The position numbers were made by a program, and so were the translations under genes. The notes beneath the pieces were generated by a model, which was not told the origin of the DNA, did no database searches, and worked only from the letters and a program-made list of their open reading frames with translations. From NCBI GenBank assembly GCA_963693365.1, contig CAVNZM010000003.1:6393448-6457447 (forward strand): 64,000 nucleotides of DNA, given 5' to 3'. This document shows, one piece after another, positions 47,638 to 64,000 of this stretch (positions are counted from its first letter, which is position 1; each line of letters opens with the position of its first letter). Source of the DNA: Amoebidium appalachense. Lineage: Eukaryota > Protista > Ichthyosporea.

Positions 47638-49304
47638 ACATACACACACACTACCACCACCACCACCCACCCATCTCTCTGATGTTTGCTTGTGCCCCCA
47701 CAGTCGCTGCTCGAACACGCCCAAAATGGCTGTCTGTCGGACCCCCCCCGGCCTGCCCCTCTACTACGAGACCACTGCCGACGCAGATGGGCTCATGCGC
47801 TACCGCTGCATCCGGGGCACCAACGAGGTGGAGGGGGCAGTGCACAACCCCCTGGCCACCCACTTTGGGGCCACACGCATGTCGCTGCGCCTGCTGGACG
47901 CCACCATGTCCAATAGGCGCCACCGCCACAACCTGCGTGCACACTACCGCAACCGCCTGGGCCAGGCATCGGGGCCCCCCCACTACAGCCCCTGGATTGT
48001 TGACGACATGGAGGCACTGGCGCTGATGCTGTACGGCCATCACCTCGACCCCCAGTGGGTACCCGTAGGCTGCTACAAGCTACCGGAGGAGTACTTCAAC
48101 TTTGCCCCGCTCTCCTGTGTGGCCAATGCCCCGGCGCAGGAGCCAGTTGCGGTGCCCGCACCCCCACCTCCGTCTGATAACATCGAGCCTGCAGCCAATG
48201 GCGTGATGGGCGGGCCAGAGGACTGTGAGGTCGAGGAGGGTGACGGTGCTGCCATGGGGGGGGGCAACCAGGTGGCGCGTGGTGCACCACAGCCGGACCC
48301 TGCACTGAGGGGCGACTACAAGTTCCTGGCGCAGAAGCAACATGTGGCCATCCCCTTCCTTCCGGTGCTTACCCCTCAGGAGCGCAAGCTATTCAGCACG
48401 CTGCTCCTGGGCACCTACAAGGCACATGCAAAGCCCAACGGCCAGCTGTTCGAGGCTTTGGCCCAAGACTTCAACAAGGCTGCCTCTGTGGCTGGGGGAA
48501 TCTACATGAAGGATGCGGCCTACATCAAGAAGCATTTCGACAAGTGGAAGACCTGGCAGACGGCACATGCACAGCGCTCCACACACGAGGGCCTGGCAGA
48601 TCACCGCAAGCGTATGCGCGAGGAGAGGGCAGACGCTGTGCCAGCAACCATACGGCCTGCCCCCTTGCCACCCCCTCCCTGTTCCAGACGGTGTCGATGC
48701 AGGGGCGCAGCGTGAGCGGCCCTTGCCCATGCTAGTGGGCAAAAAGCATCGCAACATTGGCCCTGAGGGGCCCCTGCAGATGGATTTGCCGGTGCCCCCT
48801 CCTATGCAGCCACCCCAGAGAGCCCCCAAGACCTGCAAGACGTGTGGCCGCCAGGGCAAGGGCTGCCTCGGCTCCAATCGGGCCAAGAGCTGCCCACGTT
48901 GGGTTGCAGCCAATCAGGATGCCATGCCACCAGCACCCGCGCTTGACATGCAGCAGGGCCATGTGCCGCACATGCCCCCTGCACCCCATCCAGGCCCGCA
49001 CCACCCACATGGCTGGCCCCCACCGTGGGGCATCATGCCGCCTCAGCCCGGCCCTGCCTTCCCCATGCCTGGGCTACTGCCGCAGCACGGTCCCCATCCT
49101 TACTTGGGCCATGTGGGCCAGCCCTCGGCTGGTGGGCAGTTCCCACCCCCTTCTCGTGCATCTGCTGTGCTGGGCCTGGCGTTGCCACCTGCTGGAGAGA
49201 CGCAGCTGCAATGGCACGATCGAAAGCAAAGTAATCGTGGCCGCAAGTCTGCAGGCAGCCAATCAGGATCTCAGAGTAGTCAGAGTAGCCAAACTAGTGT
49301 CTAA
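41396..49304 (+). mobile_element. Mutator/MULE-like DDE transposase gene with inserted WRN-type DEDDy 3'-5' exonuclease, 6 exons; termini not identified
   Basis: Exons 41396-42545 (GGAREGAGRK; PCP..RRVID..YY....Y.C..C..FPAYLSHRSGLD), 43527-43715 (LKADHTF), 44697-45527 (FYTDRCC; VVGLDCEW, LQIAT, SNW..PLS..Q..YAALDA), 45994-46619 (LNDAFH), 47072-47278, 47704-49304 (GCLSDPPG, RGTNEVEG, C-terminal KTCKTC..C..C). Apparent frameshifts in C runs at ~47745 and ~48670. Superfamily assignment is by motif recall. Confidence 0.75.
44300..44610. repeat. Minisatellite gtgggcacatgggtttGn..aaggattgt (~5-6 units) in transposase intron 2
   Basis: Unit recurs at ~44340, 44386, 44426, 44495, 44558 and 44601. 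Confidence 0.8.
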
Positions 49305-49747
49305 TATTGGAATGTACACCAATGTAACGGATCTCATATGTGTTGTAGTGCTTCAAGTTATACCTGTTCTTCGTACAGTCATGTTAGGGGGGGAGGGGGG
49401 GGGGGGGGGGGGGGGGGGGGGCTAGCTTTCATTCCGAAGTTTACTGTAAAGAATTAAAATTTAGAATCTGAGTAATAGTACAGAGCCTTTGCACTTTTCT
49501 CTGTTTGTTAGGAATTCTTTGTGATCGAGAGTATGGTGTGTTAGACTATTGGTGTTAATGTGTCCTGGAAGGTGTATAATGTCTGCTGGCCGTAGTCAGT
49601 ATCTATTTTTAGGTATATAGTATATTTTTAAATGTTGGCCGCTGGCCAATAAATAGCAAATAATAAACACACGATAAAGTCAACAGCGTGCCAAAAAACT
49701 AATCCCCAGCGAGCGCACCCAGTGATGTGTGTGTGTGTGTGTGTGTC

Positions 49748-49851
<104 letters not shown>

Positions 49852-51171
49852 CGCGCGCGTGCGTGCGTGTGTGTGTGTGTGTGCGTGCGTGCGTGCGTGT
49901 GTGCGTGTGTGCGTGTGTGCGTGTGTGCGTGTGTGTGTGTGAGTGTGTGTGTGTGTGTGTGTATGTGTGGTGTGGTGTGTGCGCGGCTTGTACATATGTA
50001 CGTGTTCATGTGCACCTGTGTCGGACCTACGAAGTACATGAAAGTAAATTTTGACAGCATCGATCTGCCGGTGTGTATGTGTATGTGTGCCAGTGCAGCA
50101 GGTGTGCCTTGTAACTGATAGCTTCGCATTTTACGTGTGTGTATATATAGTAGTACGCATAGACACTTGCTGATCATTCGGATCGACATTAATATTTAAT
50201 CTGTCGGTCCTCGGTTTTTTGAGTGAATGATGATCAAGTGTAAGAGCATTCACTTGGCAAGTATTAATGTTGCAGAGGCTAGCTGCAGCTGCAAGCGTCG
50301 GATGCACACTGACAATTGTCTTTTCAGCGAGTCTAACCTGCAGGCAGCAGCTGCACACATATAGGGTTGTTATCTTGCGGCACATGCACGGTGATCATTT
50401 CAGAGTAATAGAGTTCAGAGCAATGAAAATAATGAAAATAACTAAACTTTGTGACTACTTTAAAGTTGCTGAGATCATACGTGGTGCAAGCTGCACTATG
50501 AACACATGTATAGTGCTAGTAATTAATACATTTTTGTTGCCTTCTGCAGGGTTATCGTAGCTACGTCACGGCCTGCACTCAGGGGGGGGGGGGAGGGGGG
50601 GGGAGAGGGGGGATGATTCGAAGGGGGTATAAATAAGAACATGCACCTAAAGGTCTTTCCCGTGGATCCTCCCCCCTCCCCCCCCCCACCTCTCCCCTCC
50701 CCCGGGGCCCCATACTATGATATCTAGGCCCAATATTATATGCCCCTCTCCCCCCCCCCCCCCCCCCCCCCCCTCCTCTCCGGATCCCCGGACCCCACTT
50801 CCCTACCCGGAGGCTCAAGAGCTCCCCCCTTCCCCTCCTCCCCCCCCCCCCCCCCCCCCAAGGCTTACGGGGGCCCTTCTTCATCGAGGGGGAGGGGGTG
50901 GGGGTGGGGGGGGTGGGGGGTGGGGGTGGGGGGGAGGGAAGTGGAAGGCGGGGGTGGATGCATGTCAGCCTAGGTGAATTCAATTGTTTAACTCCAGTGT
51001 GCAGGACTGGTCTGAAGGCTTAAGAAAACAACGAGGAAATGGGGTCCAGTGGAGGTGGTGGTGGTGTTCTGTGTGTGTGTGTACACGTGCACGTATGTGT
51101 GTGGTTTTTTTAAGGGGTGAGTGGTGGTGGTGGTGGTGGTGGTGGTCACCGTGGTGGTGGTGTGTGTGTCT

Positions 51172-51241
<70 letters not shown>

Positions 51242-52414
51242 TAGAAAGAAAAACTGCTCGTGGGTCACTGTTTTTCGTCACTGTATTTGTAACGGGCCGC
51301 TCATATTTATATAACTACTTTAATTTAAGTACACGTGTTCATTATCATATACGATGGCCAAATATAGAAATTTTGGCGTCGAAGTTCTTGGAGCTAAAAA
51401 AACGTTTAAAAGGGGGAAATAATAGCTTGGCCCCAAATTTACCTTGCCGTTTTTAGCGAATGTATTTTTTATTCATGAGTTCTAGTGATTCAGTGAGTGC
51501 ACGTGCCTGCCTCAGGCTGATCATGACAACTGCAACACACCATTCCTACATGGATATCAACCAAAAGAAAATAGTATATACTGTGGTGGTCTCCTAAACC
51601 TTGTGCGGCATGCGCATACATGATATTACAGTGACGCATGTGCATATTATTGTTCTGTACACCGGAGTGTGCCGGTGCACGTGGCTGTTTTGTGCACATG
51701 TTACAATAGCAGCACGATCTCCCTAAACTCCATGTTTACACATCCCTCACCCTGGCTCTGCCTTGTCGGTGCTCCAAAACACACATACAAATCCCCCTAG
51801 ACTCAGTGCCTGCACATGGTCGCATTCACGTGCAGGTCACGTGACACATGCGATGCCATACTGCCGTCTACAGCAACAACCACGGCAGCATGTATACCGG
51901 CCCAGCACGAAATATACTTATCGGCAGCCCACTGAACTCGCCCATTTTCTCTTTTTCATGTATGTCCCTCCTTTTTTGTAAAATCACCCTTTTTGGCCTC
52001 CCGGTAGTGGATTTTGCAGGATTTGACTTCTTTGAGGTCCAAAAACCTCAAATTTTCCCCGGCGGGGCCGGGGAGGGAGAATTCAAAAATTGCCCGCTCC
52101 TGATATGGTACCCGGGCCATCATCCGGTCTGGGAAAGCTTAGCAAGCACTTGTGATGTTGTAACATTCAATGATGGCTCCTACAAGTTTGGGAGTGCACT
52201 GTTTAGACGTAGGTAGTGTCGACGTCTTAGAGAGTCTTATTATTATTAGCTTGCGTTTTTCGAAGACCTCATGGTGAACAAGTTCTAAAAAAGAGGAAGG
52301 TTTTTTTTTTTGTTTTTTTTTGGTCTATACGTTGACTTCTTGAACTCCCAGCTGCGGGAACTTTCCTGACTCTCCATTCCTCACTCATCGTTGTAACCTC
52401 ATCATTCTCTGACC

Positions 52415-58403
<5,989 letters not shown>

Positions 58404-59464
58404 AATGTGTAGCACTTTAAATAATTTAAGATTAGGCCAGAGCAATATGTTATTGTAGTAGTTAATGAAATGGGTTGTGTGGCACGATAGTAGCGGGTTG
58501 CTGAAGTTCAAGAGAATGTGTTGTGTTCTGGTGATGGGTTGTGGAAATCTATTAGAATGTGAAGCAAAGAAAAATAGTATTATTATAGTAGTTATTCAGC
58601 TAGATTGTGTGGCACTATAATAAAGGATGTGGCCTTGTTACAGCTGATTGAGTGAATAGCACCTTAGGAAAAAACCAGAGTGCATGTTATTATGGTAATA
58701 GGTTGTGTGTTGCTATATAAGTAACTGGCCATGGTTGCGGAATTCAAAGAGGATATTTATCACTTTAGCAATTGTTGCGAAAATCGATTAGAAAGGGTAG
58801 CCCATCGGTAATCACAAAAGTCGTATGATATAGTTGATCAAATAGATTCTAAAATTTGTGGCATTATGAAGCGTATAAATGAGTATACTGCATGTGCCTT
58901 ATACAAACTATAACAAGACATCATGAATAACAGGCATTTGGATATTAATATGCATGGCCTTTCCAGGCCGATACTCGGGAGAATTCTTTTCTTCGCACTC
59001 AGTGGATAATTATTCGGCCAGAAGGGGTCTACTAGCGATAAATGCTTGGTGTGTATGCATGGCTTTTGTTTTTTTTTGCAGTTAGTATAATCAGTGTTGG
59101 ATGATTATCCCCGCACCTAGACTTGAAGTTCGCCCATCTGCAAGCCGTTCCTCTTTCCTACCCTACCCCCCCCTCCCCCCAATAACAAAAATAAAGGGGG
59201 GGGAGGGAAGAAGAAGAAAAAGAAGAGAACTTCGGAAAACAAGAACAAGGAATAAGCAAACGATTCTGAGGGAAATCGTATAAAGGAAGATTAAAGAGAG
59301 AAGAGAACACAAACACATATCCTCACATAATGTTAATGCCCCTCAATGTACACTTCCTCTTTAGACAGTGTCAGTTAACCTCCTCTTCCCCCCCCCCCCC
59401 CCCCTTCCTCCCCCCCCCCGACCCCCCATAAACACACGCGCGTACGTGCACTCCCTTTTGAGTA

Positions 59465-59500
<36 letters not shown>

Positions 59501-59725
59501 ACCCCACCCTTCCCGGCGCGCACACACACAAACACTTCAGTACCCCACCTCCACCCCTAGCACACTACCTGACAGTGTTCAATTGTACCTAGGCCTCACT
59601 CTATCATCACATCCATCATACCCCTTTCGCTCTCTCACCTTAGACACAAACCCCCCCACACACCCTCTGCAGTACCCCCCCCCCCCCCCCCCCCCCCAAA
59701 CACACACACACACACATGTACGCAC

Positions 59726-59757
<32 letters not shown>

Positions 59758-60609
59758 CCTCTTCAAAGCCCACCCCCCCCCCCCCCCCCAAAAAAAAAAA
59801 AAAAAAAAAAAAAAAGAAAACGAGTAACTTGAAATCATTGAATGAATAAAGATGAACTGGGCAGGCATTCTCCCCTTTTCAACCTACTGAAGTCCCTTTG
59901 TTGTCTCTCCCTCCATGCACACCCCTCCCTTTTTTAACTCACCTCCCCGGTCTCTCCAACACACCTGCTGTATCTGTTGCCCTAGCCTCTGGGGGTTTTT
60001 GGTATTTTATGTATGATTTTATAAACAGTTTGTTAATATGCGTCAGTTTTTGTTTTCCAGTCATTTATTATCATTTTTATTTTTCGGGGCGGGGGGGAAG
60101 GGGGGGGGGGGGGGGGGGGGCTGCCTCTGCTCTTGGGGAGAACGTGTCACACAATACAAATATTGTGCGCTTGCTGCAAATGAGGTGACGACGAGATGTT
60201 TAATTGCCGATGAATGACCAAAAATGTTTATCCCTGTTGACATTCACCGTGAAACGAGATTTTGCGTAGGGACAACCCTTCTTGGGCGGGAAGGCTGAAA
60301 GGGTGGGACCTTCAAGGGGGGAAGGGGGGGGGGGGGGGGGGGGGGGAGGGAGTTGTAATGGCTGAGGGGTGTTGTGCTTGTGTAGATGAGCAGGGTGAGG
60401 GAAGGGTGGGATGGGGGGAGGTGGTGAGTAGGGCGGGAGGGGGGGGGGGAGGGAGGGGGGGGGGGGGGGGGAGTGTCGTTAGAAAAAGTTATAGAGCATA
60501 TCCATTACACATTTGCCGCGGACAACACAAAACAGACCTTGCAAAGAACATTCAAAGAGTATGCATCCGGCAGAAGAAGAGCACCAGCACGAAGGGTATG
60601 AAGTGTGTG

Positions 60610-60678
<69 letters not shown>

Positions 60679-61005
60679 GTGCGTGCGTGTGCGTGCGTGT
60701 GTGTGTGTGTGAGTGTGCGTGCGTGTGTCTGTGTGTGTGTGTGCACCTGTGTGTGTGTGTGTGTAACAGTGCGCACATGTGTGTGTATGGGGGGGGGGGG
60801 GGGGGGAGGGGGGGTACGTGAGGGGGGGTGGGGGCAATATTATGCTTCAGTGGCCAAAACGGAAGCAATTGCTCCAAAAGAAAGGGAAAAATAAAATAAA
60901 AAAACAGTAACGAATACATGTACAACTGTGGTGGGTGGAAAAGAGGCTCTGGCCATGATCATGCACATGCGCGAAGGGGGGCCGAGAGCGGGTGGGTGGG
61001 TGGGT

Positions 61006-61045
<40 letters not shown>

Positions 61046-61675
61046 AGGGAACCGATCACGGGCCACTCGCCCAGGTGGGTCCCTCCCCTCCTTCCGACCC
61101 GGAGGGTGGGGGGGACCCACCCACCCCTACGGCCACCTTGGGGGAGGGGAGGAGAGGAGGGGGGGTACCACCTGGGGGACGTCGATATTTACTACCTCCC
61201 CCCCCCCCCCCCCCCCCGGCCTTCTGAAAATTCAAATTTAAAAATCCCTAAGCGACCAACCCCCCCCCCCCCCCTCCCCTCCGGATTAAAATTTAAAAAT
61301 CCCTAAGCTACTGTACATGCGTATCATGATGTATGATTGGTGACTGATGCAGACATCATGTACACTGAGTACAAAACTAAGGAGTTACTTCTTCAAAAAC
61401 ATTATGATGTGGTATGTTTGTTGTGGACCCTAATGAATGTTAGACCTCATGTGCATGTTATTGTTTGTGCAGCACGCTGCGGGAATTAATGATTGCATAA
61501 TGATATTTTATAGGTGTTCTTTTGAAGGCTTGCCTTCAGCGCACTTAACAGACGGTTGTCTAATTATATTACGTCTCCCCACCCTGGTCTCACTCTCTCT
61601 TTATCTCTCTCTAGAAGCTTCCCCGCCTCTGGATCCCGTGCCTTCCCCCCCCCCCCCACCCCCCCCCCCCTTTCA

Positions 61676-61797
<122 letters not shown>

Positions 61798-62021
61798 AAA
61801 GTGACCAGATACGCGTAGTTGTAGAACTTGGTATGATATGGCAGTGCTGTGCACCGCCGCACTGGGGATCGACGGTCATGTCGATACCTCTCCCCCCCCC
61901 CCCCCCCCCCCCCCGGCCACCCCCTCCCCCCCCCCCCCCCCTCCCCCCTTCCCCCCGGGCTCCCTTCTATCTCGAGCTCGCCCGTTTTCTCGTCACTCAT
62001 TCTCTCCTCCTCTCTACCCAC

Positions 62022-62152
<131 letters not shown>

Positions 62153-62521
62153 TCATTCAGGTCTCTCTCTCTCTCTCTCAGATCTCTCTCTTCTCTCCCC
62201 CCCCTCCAACCCCCCCTTTCTCTGTCCCTCCCTCCCTCCCTCCCTCCCTCCCTCCCTCCCTCCCTCCCTCCCCCTCTTTATCCGATGGCACCCCCTTGTC
62301 CCCCTATGCAATGGTATACATCCACGCACGCACGCACCACACAGCCCACGTGGTAGACGTCGACGTGCACGTGAGCGCAGGCTGTGAAATTAGGGGGTTT
62401 AGGGGCACAAAAATGCCCCTGAAACCCCGAAAAGTGTCCCTAACTTTTGGAGGTTAGGTCCACTAATTTTTGAGTTTGTGACCCTAGTAGGGTCATAGGA
62501 AATTGCCCCTACTATCATCTT

Positions 62522-62552
<31 letters not shown>

Positions 62553-63344
62553 GCCCCCTCCCCTTCCCCGGCCTGTTTTTTTTTTTTCTTTCGAATGTTA
62601 TATCAATGCCCCTTCATATCCAAGTCTATTGACTCTGGGGAGAGCAGTGGGCGCTGGGCCAGGATAGTTTTGGATAAGAAGTCCAAGTGATGACCAGAAA
62701 TAGACCCAACTGGCGCTTATTTGAAGTTTGCGCCTTGAACCGGAACCACACAGAACCCTTCGCGCCAGTTTCGACGAACCAAAACACACTTTCCCCCTTT
62801 TTGGCGCGCTCCCGGAAAAAAACTCCCAGAGGGCCAAGAGCACGGCCATCTAGAGGTGTTTCTAGATGGCCGTGGGCCAAGAGCTTTTTCGTCATGGGTA
62901 TAAATAGTAAAAGCAGCTGTCACCCACATCCCATTTCGACTTGTAGACCCCCTAGTTTTCTGGCGGTCTGCATTGCTCTTTTAGAGGCTGACTTGCTTGC
63001 TGTGCCTCTATAAATTTTGAGGGGGGCCTGTTGGGAAGGAGCAGTAATGATGTCTTCTTGCAGAGTGTGGTCTGGTCAACATCGATGCATATGACTAGTT
63101 GGAGCAAACTAGTTTCACGCATACACGTACACTTACGGTTTTGCCCGCTGGTGTCCTTTGTCACTCACGTCGTGACTTGTCGCTTTTTTTTATTTTGTAG
63201 CTTTGGCTTTTTCAGTTCTATTGGTGGTTATGTAGCCTGTGGCTGCACGTTGTCTTCATCAACGGATCAATAAACCCGAGTCAAAAGAAAAAAGGGTTTC
63301 ACTATACCAACAGTTTTCATACCACCTTGAGCTCAAACTGAAAC

Positions 63345-63765
63345 ATGACTGGTAACGAGAGCCAGCCACCTAGTTGTAGGCTACCTGGGGCACGCTTCAC
63401 CAAGGCCAACAAGTTGGATTGCCGCTCAAAGCTGGCTAAGTTGGGTGACCTCTCTGCCACCCCCGCCCACAAGGCATTGAACCAGCTGCTTTCCAAGGGG
63501 CAGGAAAAGGCTGTCCTGGTCGTCAACTACGACGACACTACCAGCGACAGCGACATGGAGATTGAGGAGGGCCAGCGCAAGGGCACCACTGAGGGGGTGA
63601 CAGGCAAGGACAAGGTTGTTTCGGCCAACACCACCACCGGTGATGGAGCAGGTGACGGCAAGGACAGCAGCCCAGCTAGCCCCCCTGCCCCAGGTGCAAG
63701 CAAAGCCGGCGTGGAGACGGGCGGCGAGGGGCAGGGCGAGCCCGAGTCTGTGAGCCCAAACACAG
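63345..63765 (+). CDS. First exon of an unidentified gene (3'-partial)
   Basis: aaacATG start, 140 open codons with the GC3-rich usage of host genes, ends at acag|gtatgc followed by a typical poly-C intron. No recognisable domain. Confidence 0.55.
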
Positions 63766-64000
63766 GTATGCAACAGTGCCTAAAACCTTCTTAGCACACC
63801 CATGTGATAGGACGTTTCTTTTTCTCTCGCGTCTCACATCCCCCCCCCCCCCCCCAAATTCTTGCATCTCCCCCCCCCCCCCCCCCCCCCCTGCTGCCCA
63901 TAATCTGCATTCCCCCGCCTGCCGCCCATCACTCGCATATGCCATGTTGTAAGGAGTATAATGGTGGGCTAATATTCCATCCCTCCCCCCCCCTCCCTCT

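Noticed and set aside
50566-51010. Possible MITE bounded by ggcctgcactcagg / ccagtgtgcaggac
   Set aside because: Weak short inverted match and no TSD seen.
61225-61310. Direct repeat aaatttaaaaatccctaagc x2
   Set aside because: Real but short. It may be a transposon subterminal relic, and no partner end was identified.

Overview
Intron-rich eukaryotic genomic DNA whose introns are filled with (CA)n/(TG)n, poly-C/poly-G and (CT)n tracts. Almost all long ORFs in the supplied track are artefacts of these repeats. Manual splicing gives five host genes: a haspin kinase (+, 5' end probably outside the window), an ECSIT-like mitochondrial protein (-), a receptor tyrosine kinase with PMP-like beta-helix and Cys-rich ectodomain (+), Ssu72 phosphatase (+) and an ERMP1/PFF1-like M28 membrane peptidase (+). 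The window also holds a 5'-truncated decayed non-LTR retrotransposon (-), an intron-containing Mutator-like DDE transposase with an inserted WRN-type 3'-5' exonuclease (+), and the first exon of an orphan gene at the right edge. The gene content suggests a holozoan, possibly unicellular (inference only). The most unexpected signal is a dispersed ~155-160 nt structured element with compensatory base changes and hammerhead-like core words. It occurs as 2 full and about 6 partial or diverged copies, all co-oriented with three different host genes.
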